From Vicugna vicugna (lineage: Eukaryota), in the NCBI GenBank assembly GCA_013265495.1, contig MU058452.1, positions 310,001-374,000 on the forward strand: a DNA stretch of 64,000 bases, given 5' to 3'. Below, piece by piece: positions 38,660 to 51,265 of the stretch. How positions within the stretch are numbered: the first letter of the stretch is position 1; every line of letters starts with the position of its first letter. Below the pieces are notes generated by a model. That model did no database searches, was not told the origin of the DNA, and saw nothing but the letters and a program-made list of their open reading frames with translations. A program made the translations under genes and the position numbers.

Positions 38660-38880
38660 CTGCTGCTTTGTGATTTTTCATGCTGTTCGGGTTGCTTAAA
38701 GTAGCTCTGTGGGGATAGTTTGGGGCAAATATCTCAGCCCGGCTGGCCACTTTCCATTTGGCCAGATTGGATCCAACCTCAGCATTCAAGGATGGATTGG
38801 TGGACAAGGGGGTTATCACTTTCTGGACAATGGCTCATGACACTGTGACCCAAGTGTCATTACATCATACTGTCACCTCG
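38660..38880 (-). promoter_or_regulatory. Candidate minus-strand Pol II promoter
   Basis: CCAAT boxes at 38796-38800 and 38766-38770, TTTAAG at 38695-38700, an Inr-like TCA at about 38671, and TGATGTAAT (C/EBP-ATF) at 38859-38867. A GTAAGT donor lies downstream at 38490-38495. Motif evidence only. Confidence 0.4.
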
Positions 38881-39959
38881 GGGGAAGGCCACCCTCAGGG
38901 TAATTTCCCTTTGGAACCTTGAAAAAAATTTTAAAAAGAGAAGGATAATAACTCAGGTTCAGATATGAGCTCACTGAAGTCTGGGGTCAACTAATGCAAG
39001 TGTTTCAAGGATCAAATAATGGTAATTGGTGGTAAGAATTAGGTAATTTATGGTTCTAACATTGAAAGAGTCTAAAAGGTTTACAACATGCAAGTCCCAG
39101 GATTTCATGAGTGAAGGTCCAGGTGGTTCTGACTCAAATTTCTCTTCCTCTATGGCCAGTTAAACTGAGTGCCAAGCCCTGAGCATGTGGGGCCAAGGGT
39201 GTGTGATTAAATTTTTACCCAAGTCTGAGACCTGACAGATCAGTCTTTCAAGTATTTTTGACAATGACCATGTACCCAGCACCTTAGTTGCATGTCATAG
39301 AAAATGCAAATATTCTAAGCAATGATCCCAGCCCACACACACACTACTGTCTATCTGGAGAGAGAAAGCATATGTTGATAAGATAGCGCATAGCAGGGTG
39401 GTAAAAACAAATAAATTCTGTTATATCAGCTAGGATGTCTCCAGGATTACCCAGCACATCTTTCATCCCGGAAGCATCGACATCCCACACACAGACTTGA
39501 GAAACCCCGTGGTTCTTCCCAGTGTGAATGCAGAAAAATATCCGGGGTTGGGTAGGAGTTGCTTAGCGAATATGAAAAGCTCTCTAAGAATATTTAACAG
39601 TACAGGTGTAGAAATGCAGGATTCGATATTAGGTATGGTTCAGAAAAATTGAATGGAGGCGTATACAAGATCAGCCGTGAATGCGGTGGCTGAATTAGAA
39701 GTGCATTTTATTTGTAATTCATTTCCCAATAATCTATAATGAACACATATAACTTTTATTAATAAATAAATGTCACATATATAAAAAATAGGGCTAGCCA
39801 GCAGCTACCCAGAATCAGATACCAGTTTCATTTCACTGTATAGTTTTTCTTTCAATGTGGGAAGTCAGTTAAGGCCCTCTTTTCACCACTCTCCCAGAAA
39901 TAGTTAATAATATTCATGCTCCTTACAAGAGCAAAGGTGGATCATCCTCTGAGCTTGAG

Positions 39960-40220
39960 TGAAGCTCTTTTTTAGTAGATGGGGGCTCCTCTTCCATGTT
40001 CCCACAATGCCCTGTGCTCTAGCATAGCGCTAACAAGCGGTATTAATTTGGGGACAACTTCTCTATCTTGCCCATTAAACTGTGAGCTTCTTGAGGGCCA
40101 AGCCCTGTCTTGGTGTCAAGGCAGCTTATACATTTTTATACCTCCAGAGGGTGGATCCTTGCCTTGCCAAAGGAGGCAGTCAATATCCTATTGAAGGCTT
40201 AACAAGTATATGAATAAAGA
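39960..40220 (+). mobile_element. L2 LINE 3' fragment
   Basis: ccattaaactgtgagcttcttgagggc...tgtct...caatatcctattgaa. Confidence 0.65.
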
Positions 40221-42070
40221 TCTGCTTCAATGTCTCCTTAGACAAGTTTCATCATTATCATTTTTGGGCATGAATCTGTGTGCCTCTAGGCAGGCACACA
40301 TTTCCTAGTCATTGAGCTTTGCCTTTTTAATACTCTTAGAAGTAAACAAACATATTCATATGACTTTTCATTAAAATCTTGTCAAGAATGGACATATAAG
40401 AACTGGCCAAACTCTCATCTTCTTCCATTGAATTTTGCCTGTTTTTTGGTTCCTCCAGAAAATTTCCTCCTCCTTTACCTTTCAATCTTTGTCCTTTATT
40501 ATTATTATTTTTTAATTTGCCTTTCTTTTTCTATTCTTTTTTTAGCCTTTAAATTCTCTAAGGGAAGATACTGTATTTTTTACTTTTCTATTTCTTCAAA
40601 ATAAAGTGTCCTATATAATGATGTACACACTGAAGCTTCAGATAGTTAATTCTTGTCCAAAATCGTTGTTTTATTTTTTTTTTTTTCAAGTGTGTTGTTA
40701 TTCTATCAGGGGGCTCATCTACATTTGGAGATATCTGTGGTACTTGTACCTGGCATGTTTCTTCTTCCGCGGGAAAACTCCACCCACGCTGTCAAGAATT
40801 CTAAGTCCAGATCCTGGCTTCCCCCCAACTCCCGCCCTGCTTTGATAAAGAAGTACAGAATCCGCAATGCTACAAGATGAAAGGTCTTAATCTTGAGGGA
40901 AATTCTTTGATCCATAAAATAAGAGTTATGCTTAGCCATGAGCTTTCTGAAACCGAGTGTTCTTCGTTGTGTGCAAAAAGTCCGCTGCTGGAAGTTTGAA
41001 AATGTCACAGTGGAGATGGTTAGTTCTCATATAAATAGAATGGTAGCATTGAAGACAGACTCGGGACAAGTGCTTGGTTTTTGTTTTAAAACGTAGGTAT
41101 TTCCTAGTATGGGCCAAAAAAAAAAAAAAAGAAGAAATGAAACATTTGTAATTAACAAGGCTGAGTACCATAATTTGGACACGTTGGAACTATGGTATCC
41201 ACTGACTTTTGGCACAGTCAGAATGATGATGGCACTGTTGGGTGAGGGATTCTGTGGGTTCACTGTGCATCACCCCAGAACTGGAATTCAAGAGATGAGC
41301 CCATATTTCTAATCATGTTGGTATTTTCCATGTGCCTTCTTAGTCAGCTCCTTGGATTTTTCACACAAAACTCTAAAAGGTCATCAATTATAGGGACCTT
41401 ATGTAAATACTGGGCAGTTTTGTGATTCTATTCTGAGCAGCGTTTATGTACATCTGCTCACATAAATTAATTTTCTTGTCCCAAATGACTCATTTAGTGG
41501 AACTAGAAGTTCTCATGCCAGTGCAAATAGAGAAGGGGGAAGAGGGGACAGGGAAATGAGGGGGATGGAATTCACTTTATAAAACACTGATTTATGAGGG
41601 CTGGCACATAATTTTTAAATGGAAAAGCAATAAGCAAGTGTCCGTATGGGGAAGGAAAAGAGAGAGGGGAGATTACAGATCTTATCTTCTCGTGTAGAAT
41701 ATAACCATCTTGAGGGTATGGGAATGAATTCAGAGATTCCTGTGTTCTAGTCTAGTTTGCACTGTTTTCCTGGCTTGCTGATCTGATTCATTTCAGAGAA
41801 CTTCTCAAACCTTATTTCCACATATGCAAAATCATAGTATAGTTTTCAAACTCTGATGACTGGTGACTAAATTACACAGCATTTTTTTTTTAATCTTCCC
41901 TAAGGACTAATGCTGTCTCCACCTGTATCATGCCCTTCAGGGTGGATGAAGACAGACTTGCAGACCCAGTAATGTTACAAGCTCAAATGAGCCTCACAAA
42001 TCCTTGAAACAAATCATGACCATATCAATTTCAATAGCAGTTCCTTTCCTTCCAACAAAGGAAGTTTCTT

Positions 42071-42204
42071 TTTTTTTTTTTTTTTTGGTAGGGGGAGATA
42101 ATTAGGTTTATTTACTTATTACTTTTAGAGGAGGTCCTGGGAATTGAACCCGGGACCTTGTTCATGCTAAGCATGTGCTCTGCCACTTGACCTATACCTC
42201 CCAC
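42071..42204 (-). mobile_element. Vic-1-type camelid SINE
   Basis: Minus strand reads gtgggaggtataggtcaagtggcagagcacatgcttagcatgaacaaggtcccgggttcaattcc...taaacctaattatctccccc followed by poly(A). Perfect 14-bp TSD aaaggaagtttctt at 42057-42070 and 42226-42239. Confidence 0.92.
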
Positions 42205-43454
42205 TATGCCTTTTTTTTTTTTCTGAAAGGAAGTTTCTTGACAAAGCTTCCACCATGTTCCTTCCTATCAGTTCATTGCAATAGGTCATCTAGATTGCTC
42301 CAGAATCTGTATTTTCTTCCAATCACTCATTTGATCCCAATGAACTTTCTCCCATGGTATTTTTACCCTTTTCCCATCATCTGGCATCAGTTATCCTACG
42401 TTTGTGGTCTCCACTGTTGCTGTCAGGTCACGATGCCACCATTCCAAACCTTATTGCTGGTCCTTTGACTTTGTATGGTCTTTCTCCACCTTCGTGCATG
42501 ACCTTTCTATGACCTTGGACTTATTCCTTTCCTTCCATCTTGAGCCCAGGATTTTCTTCAAAATTCAGTTCATGTTTCTTCTTGCAAGAATTCTACCTGC
42601 GCTAAACTCACTTTCTTAAAATTGCTGCTTTGTTTTATATTCCTTAAATTTTATGCTGAGTAGATGTGTTCATGTTTTTGTGACTTCTTTTCCCTTGTCA
42701 CGTCTAATAGCTTTTCTTTCTTTCCTACCAAGAGTAGAAACTCTCCAAGAGAGGGCATTTAAAAAATTGAATATTGTATTAATTATATTGCCTAGCAGAG
42801 TTCCTTATTTAGGGTGAAAATTTTCACAATTGCTTCTCAAATAAAATTATGATTAATTAAATGCTACTACAGATTTCCATTGGCCATTTCTATTATTTTT
42901 GTATAAATCCTGCTTTCTCTATCTCCCTTCACTAAGCAGTTGGAAAGACTGAGTCACTGATTTGGATATAAGCATTGTTAGTCATGGATCTGTATTTTTA
43001 ATCATATCATGGCAATGCCCCTTGAAATAAAGGTTCATTTTTCATTGTTGCATTCCTTGGTCCTAGAATGGGTCCTAGTACATATAGACCCAAAGTGACA
43101 CATTTGAGCAATTTACTACCAGAACGTCATTTCACACCTTTGTCATTTTCAAACTCCAGTTAAAAACCTAGCTGTATCATGTGTTTCTCTGTACTAGTCC
43201 AATAAGACCCCAATCCAGGTTCAAGAAATAAAATGAAGACACATTATTTCTGTTTTATTCTTAAATTCTTAAAACTGCACTGTTATTATATAGGTTAGAC
43301 AGTGACTTGATTTCTACCCCACTAAACAGAGTAAGAGGTTGGCTAATTTACTCAGCCATCTGTACAGTTTTGTGCACTCAAATATAAAGCCAGCAACACC
43401 TACCTATTGGAATTTGATGAGGGAAGAATATATTATATGCTTTAAAAAAGCGGA

Positions 43455-43700
43455 GGTGATGAACAGTAGAACAGAGGATTAGAAATATGGACTCTGGAAC
43501 CAACTTATTTGATCTGAACACAAGCCACCTCTCCTGAGTTGTATGGGCTCTCTGTGCCTCAGTTACTCCATCTGTAAAATGGAAATAAAATGTAGCTTTG
43601 CAGGGTTATTGGGAGAAACCACTGGTAGTTGGATGCAACATGGTTATATAGCATCTGGCAGACTGTGGCTTTTACTTCATCAAGGCTAGCTATTATTTTT
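43455..43700 (+). mobile_element. MIR SINE
   Basis: ggactctggaacc...ctctctgtgcctcagttactccatctgtaaaatggaaataa...cagggttattgggag (MIR core). Confidence 0.8.
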
Positions 43701-45342
43701 GTGATTGTTACCATGAATGAATCAGGTGGACAATCTGGTTTCGCTGTGGGTCAGTCCACTTGGGTCAAGCCGCAGTCAAGTGCATGCGTATTTGGCCAGC
43801 ACAACCGCCCAGCTTCCTGCCTCCATGTCTCTCCGTTCCGTCTGCCCAGGCTGAGTGTGAAGAGCTGAAGGGGGAAAACAAGGCCCCGGAGCATTAAGCA
43901 GAGGATATTCCCCACGCCTACTCCAAGAGATTAAAGAGACGGATTCTCAAGCAGTTCTTCAGACTGACTAATTTATATGTATATCGAGGGTACAGCTGGA
44001 GAATTTTTTTTTAAAAGGAGCTGGGGGAAAAATATGATGCTCTCCCAGTCCCAGTGGTGTTGCCACATTCATTTTACTAGCGCGTTCATCCTTTAGTACT
44101 TTCGTGGATTGACATGAGGGAGGAATTCACATGTCATGGAAGATAACATCTCACTGTTGCCAAAGGAGTCTATTCAGACATGCATGTTAGTGGGTTGATA
44201 ACTTATTCGGTATTGCAGAGGACTCAAAGATAGACATTTCGCCTTTTATCTCCATCTCTGTGCTCCCTGCATACTAAAGATAGTGCAAAACAGCCAGATA
44301 CATCTTAACTAACCCACGCAGAAAAGAGGGACTTTTGTTAGCCTGCTGCAAAGCTGCGAAGTTAAAGGAACAAGGTGTCACCAGGCCTAATGACAAATGA
44401 ATTAAACATGTGTATGCACCAACTTTGAGTGGCCTGTGGATGTATTTTTAGAGCTCAAACCTAGTGATAATTTAGCAAGAAGAGGTGTAAAATAAATGGG
44501 ATGTAGACATTTTGCAGCCGTCTGGGGCAGAGGGGTGGGTGATAAAAAAGCAAATGGTGAGGTTGTGATGAAAAAAAAAAAGTAGGTTAACTCATATGAA
44601 TATTTATACTAGTTGACAAGGATTTTCAGGAGAAGGAAGGAAACATGAAAACTAATTTAAACAATGGCTCTAATATGTATGAACACAGAGAACATTCTAA
44701 TTCCCTGTGCATTCTCAGACAGGTGAGCATGCAGGGCTGTATGCTTAGACGCGGTACAAAAGGAGCATCTACCCTTCTGCCAGCACTGATCGCTGAGTAT
44801 TTCTCCTTTACTCAAATAGTATATTTCGTCTCTCAATTACCTATGGATGATAATGAAGTGCGATTATTCACGGTCATGTTCAGAGTATATTTCAAATATG
44901 CAAGGTGAAATTGACCGGGAAGGCAGTGACGCAATTATTTTACATCAGGAAGATCACAGTAACTCTGATGAGATCAGAAAACTGAAGCCAAAAAAGTGAC
45001 ATTTTGGTCGAAATTTCTTACTTGCTTGTTGTATCTAGTGAGAATTTGTAGCTGTGTTAATAGCATAAAATATTATTATGTAAGTGAAATCTTGATATTT
45101 TAGAGAAGAGTGAAACTCCCAATGGCCCCTGTTGTTTTGCTTAAAGTGCTTGAAAGGGGGTTGGGAGAATATGAACCAAGACAGTAAAAGCGGTTCCCTG
45201 GATTGGAAGATTTCAAGTGATTTTTATTTTGTGCTTTCTAGTTTTTTCCCCCTAGAATTTCTAAATATTCGAAGCTTAGTATGTATTTTTATAACCAAGA
45301 GAAAGTAATATGTAAGTGCTTCTTTAAAAATATTTGCTATAT

Positions 45343-45705
45343 ATCACTTAGATGTGGAATCTAAAATATGACACAGCTGAACTTATTTACAAAACAGAAA
45401 CAGACTCACAGACATAGAAAACAAACTTATGGTTATGAAAAGGGAAAGTGACAGGGGAGGGATTTGGAACAAATCAGGAGTTTGGGATATGCAGATACAA
45501 ACTACTGTATATAAAATAGATAAACAACAAGATCCTACTGTGTAGCACAGGGAACTCTACTCAATATCCTATAAGAAAACATACTGGAAAAGAAGATGAA
45601 AAAGAATATGCATATATATGTATGACTGAATCACTTTGCTGTGCACCAGAAACTAGCACCATATTGTAAAGCAACTATACTTCAGTAACAAAAATAAAAT
45701 AAAAT
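45343..45705 (+). mobile_element. 5'-truncated artiodactyl-type L1 (end of ORF2 plus 3' UTR)
   Basis: atcacttagatgtggaatctaaaa...caaaacagaaacagactcacagacatagaaaacaaac...(aaaat)n tail. 17-bp TSD aaaaatattt(g/t)ctatat at 45326-45342 and 45706-45722, at a TT/AAAA endonuclease site. Confidence 0.93.
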
Positions 45706-47699
45706 AAAAATATTTTCTATATTAAACCTCATGATGTGTATGATCTATATTGCTCCCAATTATATTTTAATCCAACATGCCACATGACATCTTACATGTT
45801 CCTTTTAAACATCTTTGAAATAAAGAAATGCGATATTTGACAAATTTTCCTCATACAGACATCAGTTAGGAGACTGTAACGTGTTTTTCACGTCTAAGTG
45901 GATCAAAAGACTCTTCGTTTTGAGACCTTACCAGGTCCTCGACAGAATACACTGAACACTCACAAATGGGTTCAAGTGTGTTCAAATGAAATTGATAGTT
46001 CAGTAGCTATAAATCGAATACTAGCTGTCTGTAATACATGTCACTTAAAATATTGTACATCTGACAGCGTGCAATCTGTTCCCACTCTTTAAAGGGTTTG
46101 TGCTGATCTTAGAAGACATATGAGCCATGCCTCCCCTGTCTAACTCCTTCCTCTGCTTTCAGTTGCTTTTTATAAATGCTTTTTGTTTATTTGATCAATA
46201 TAGGAAACGAAGATGAAAAATTCAGGTGCATATAAAATCGTGTAATCTCTTTAGCTACACGTTAAGATAGAAATGGTCACTCTTTGACTTTATGTCCTGC
46301 AGAACCAACCATCCTTTAATGGAAAGCTCCTTTGTCTCAGCTCTGGTACTTTCTATCATTTTCCAGATAGGCAAAAGACTTCTTCCTTTCATTTTCCAGT
46401 CCAACAGTGAGTGAATTCTGATTGGTCAGGAGCTTCACTGAAATCCTTGAGTGCACAGAGGACTTCACTAACTCATGAACTATTTAAAAATAAATTATAA
46501 CTGTAAATGTGATTTTATAGTAAGGCCATATGCTTTGAAAATATAAATCTATGATATTTATGTATGGGCTGCCATTGCGCAGAAGTCATAACCTTCTATG
46601 AGAATGTGTAAGGTGCTATGCCTTTGCAACTCACCTCAAATGATTTTCACTTTTAGCTTTTCTTCAAGAGCACCGCGATTAGCACTCCTGACTTCAGGCT
46701 GCATCGGCTCATACAGAAATGTGTTGTACCACTGCAAGGGACATGGTTCATCTTCTACATGATATCACTCACCCATCTCCAAAACCTGAAAGAACTCTGG
46801 ACATGCAAAGTCAAAATGGCTTTAGAAAGAATCCAGAGCCTAATTATAAACCTGATAAGCAGGAATTTACTGAAATAGAACAGAGCCATTTTGGGTTGTG
46901 TCTCTTTGCTGATTTGTCTATTTATAAATTGACATTGGGATAAAATCCTGGATAATTTAACCCACTCAAATACATGAGAACACAATGTTAATCATTTAGA
47001 AGTCTATTGATTTGAAAAGAGTTGGTTAATAATCATTGGCCCACCAAACTTTTTCTTTGATTTTTCAAATTAATTTGTGGGCTTACACACATCAATATGT
47101 TCAATATTTTAGTTTCTTCTTTAGAAATAATGTTGAAGCTCCCTGAGCATATAACTGTAACATTAGACATTGTTCCTCTGTGTGCTAACTCGTTTTTCCT
47201 AATCAGTATCGTTTGAAGTTTGTTTATATTTATAAATACATAGAATTTGAATGTATCAGAATGCACTGATTCAAAAGAAATCTCCTTTCCTGGATAAAAT
47301 ATTTATGAATATCAATTATCTGGGAATTTCTTTGATATTTCTTGCAAGATCCAAGTGCATTTCAGTTCTACTGTGATGTCAGAAAGAAAATAACCATGTG
47401 TTATGGTCAACTTCACGTCCAATGATTTGTGTCCATAAATTTACACTTCCTTAATACCTCTGGCTATAGCTTTGAGCCTGATAAATGTGACACCATTGGA
47501 GGTCCATTAAAAATGTGGCCCACATTAGAAAACAGCCATTAGATCATACTTTATTCATTGATAGCTAATTGTATCTTGGTTTAAATCTCTTTAGCTTATG
47601 ATTCAGCAAGAAAAAGAGCAAACAATATCTGCATAAACATTAATAAAGTAGATAATTAACAAATATTGTTCAATGAAATATTTTAATGTCATTTTCCAC

Positions 47700-48290
47700 T
47701 AAGGCATTAAGCCACATGACTTCAACTAGAGTCTTTATGTAGCTAACTCCCAAATATAAATCTCTAGCTGCCATATTTTTAATGAGTTGCCATATTTTTA
47801 ATGAATTTAACTGCACGGTGGATTTCCTAAATGGCTGTTTCCCTAGCCTGGCAATATCATCGTGTCTCTTTTAAGCTTCTGCCTTCTCTTCTGTGCCTTC
47901 TATCTGTGAATGTTTTCACCACGGCCTTCAAAGCTTTAAATCACCATCGATTGCTTTCTCTCTCCACATGCTATGGGTTGCAAGCTAAGCTTGTTTGTCT
48001 GTCTTTGCAGTTCTTCTTGCTCTCACCTTTTCTTTCTATTTCCATTCTTGCTACGTGAGCTCACGTTTTTAGCATGCACAACACAGACCTCAATAACTTT
48101 CCAGCTGGTCTTCCCTCCCATCATCTCCTTTGACCTTAGCCCACTTGAGCACAACTGCAAATTAATACTTCTTTAGCATATACTTGAGATGTTAAGAATT
48201 CTTTTTCAGACCTTCAGTGGTTCTCAAATCCAGACTTTCAGAATAAACCCTTCCATATTTTGGCTCCAAATTTCTTTTCTAAGGAATTCC
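47700..48290 (+). mobile_element. L2 fragment (continues at about 51270-51555 after the L1 insertion)
   Basis: aactcccaaatataaatctctagc...cctcaataactttccagctggtcttccct...ccttcagtggttctc. Confidence 0.6.
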
Positions 48291-51265
48291 ACTTTTAGCT
48301 TTGACATGTAAAGAGCTCAGAAATAGTCGTTCCCAGTCTTCCAACAAGAAAAAACTGGACAAGCTGAAAATCAACAACTTTTCTTAGACCCATCAGAGAA
48401 CTGATGTGACAAGGCAAGTCGCTCATCCTGACATCTGAAGACAATGAGACATCTTGAGAGATATATTAATGCAGATCTCCTTACCAGGAGCAGAAGCCTC
48501 TGGGTCCATAAGCTGGTAGGAACATAAAATGGGGATGTTGATGAGTTGCTAGAGGGAGAGTGTGGACTAGTGTGAAAGGGAGAAACATTCTTAAAGGTTT
48601 CAGGCTTAGAGGGCACCCACCCACACTTTTGGGAGATTTTGATTCCAGGAATTCTATGAGGATTCAAGAAGGACCCCACCACCAGTGGCTCTGGAAGGGG
48701 AAGGGAGGAGTAAACCTTATGAAGCATGTCCAGAGCCTTTTCTGTCACAAAATTCTGCTATAGGAAAAATGACTTTGCCAGAGTATACTTCTAAAGTCAT
48801 AATCCAGCTGGAAGAAGAAAATTCCTCTCAACTCCAGCCCCATACCACCTTTCTGTCTGACCTAAATTGGTGGAGGGTGGGAGGGGGCAGTGGAAATTAC
48901 AGTCAACTGCAGACCTAAGTAGAAAATCAGAATATTCCCTTCCTCTGTATCCTGCCACCACACCAATGGGGATTCAGGATAATAACAGTGGGTTACAGTT
49001 GAAAGAGCTGTAAGACACAAACTCCCTCTAAGGAGCAGTGTGTAGGAAAGTCCCAAAGTCCAGAGAAAAGATGAAAATAAGGACAAGGCAAATTTGAAAC
49101 CTTTGGTATGTACAACTACAGAAAACACAAAGCACAGCCCAACTCTTGGGCAGATTAATGTAAATCCTCACACTGAAGACCTATTTACCTCATTTCCTGT
49201 CCCCTGATACATCTATGGCTATTTCCTATTCCATCTACAGCTTTCAAGCCAAAATAATTAAGCATGACAAAAGGCAAGGAAAAACAGTCCAAAAGAAAAA
49301 ATCATCAGGACACAGACTCAGTTATGACACGGATATTGGGATTTTCAGACAGGAAATTTATAATTATTGTGTTTTGTATGTTAAGGGCTCCAATGAAAAC
49401 AGTAGACAATGTGCAAAGAAAAAAATTGAAAGCAAAACCAAATGAAAAGAAAAATACAGAAAGACAGACACTCTAAGAAAGAATAAAAAGGAAACGCTAG
49501 AAATAAAAATCACTGTACTAGAGATGAAGAATGCCTTCAACGGGCTCATTAGTAGACTTGATATAGTCAAAGAAAGAATGAATGCACTTGAAGATGTGGC
49601 AATAGAAACTTCCCCAATAGAAAACTAAAGGAAAAAAATAAAAAAAACAGAAGATTTAAGAACTGAAGAGCAATATCAAAAAGGTATATAATTTGAACTA
49701 CAGAAGGAATAAAATGAATGAAACAGCAGTATTTGAACTAATAATGGCTGAGAACATTCTAAAATTAATTACAGGCACCAAACCACAGATCCATATGCTT
49801 AATGAACACCAAGCAAGATAAATACCACACACACACACACACATTACACTCAAACTTCATATACTTAGATACACAGAGAATAAAAGGAAGTCAGATGGGG
49901 GAAATATCTTATCTATAGAGGAATAAAGATAAGAATTATATTGGACTTCTTTTTAGGAAATGTGCAATCAAGAAGACAGTGGAGTGACATATATTTAAAG
50001 TATTGAAAGGAAAACACTGTCAACCTAGAATTACATGTCAAGCCAAATTATCCTTCAAAAGTGAAGATGAAATAAAGACTTTCTCAGACAAAAATGGAAG
50101 GAGATCATTGTTAGCATACCTCCTCTGTAAAAAATGGTAAAAGAAAATTTTAGGCAAAGGAAAAACTACATAGGTCAGAACTTTGGATCTATGTAAAGAA
50201 AGGAAGGAGAAGAAAAATAGTATTATGACTATTTTAACTGATCAAAAATCTCAGTTAAATGCTAAAGCAATAAGAGTAACAGTGTACTGAGTGATTCTAG
50301 TACTCATATAAGTAAAATGAATGGCATCAGGGATAGGAAAGAGGAGTTGGGGATACTCAGCACTTGCTGGGTTGTATAAGGCACTTATGCAACATGTGAA
50401 GTAGTATTGTGTCATTTGAAGGTGGACATAGGTTATTCCAAAATCTATACTGTAAACTTTAGAGTAATCACTATTTTTTTAAAAAAAGCATAAACAACAT
50501 GATAAAAGAGAAGATAAAATGGAATCATATAAAATGCTCAATTAAGACTAGTGAAGGCAGAAAGGGATGGAGAGCAAAAGACAAATTCAACAAAAGGCAG
50601 GGAGAAAGATGGTACATATTATTCCAACCATACCAACAGTTACTCTTAATGTGAATGGTCTAAACACATTTGGTCATTAGAGTGGATTAGAGAAGAACTT
50701 AAACTATATGTTGTCCATGAGAAATCACTTTAAACATTTCTATTTCATACTCAGAAATGTCACAATTAAAGGATAGAGAAAGGTATATCATATTAAAACT
50801 AATCAAGAGAAAGCCAGAGTAACTATATTAATTTCAGGCTTTATAATAAGGGAGATTATCAAAGATATAAGAAATACTACATGATCAAAGAGCCAATACT
50901 GAAAAAAGACATAACAATCCTGAACATGTATGCCCCTAACAACAAAACACTAAAATACATGAGGCAAAATTAATAGAACTGAAGAAAACATACACAAATC
51001 GTCTAATATAATTGGAGACTTGAATATTTTGCTGTCAATAATTGATAGATCAATCAGGCAGATAATCAGTAAGGATAATAGATCACCTGAACAGTGCTGT
51101 CAATAAACTCGATCTAATTGACATTTACAGAATACTCCATCCAACAACAGAACACACATTCTTTCCAAGCTCACATGGAACATTCCAAAAGTTAGGTCAC
51201 ATTTGGGGTCATAAAACATACTTCAACAACAAGTTTAAAAGAATAGAAATAATACAAATTATGGT
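48290..51265 (+). mobile_element. Ancient L1 (L1MC/MD-like): 5' UTR, decayed ORF1 and ORF2 endonuclease region
   Basis: APE endonuclease motifs are readable: TLNVNGLN (50642-50665), ITILNMYAPNN (50911-50943) and IIGDLN (about 51008). ORF1-like agatgaagaatgccttcaacgggctcattagtagact. Heavily disrupted. Confidence 0.88.

Noticed and set aside
47769..47804. Short tandem duplication tgccatatttttaatga x2 (similar ones at about 338-359 and 54841-54880)
   Set aside because: Ordinary slippage duplications of two copies, not a CRISPR-like or functional array.
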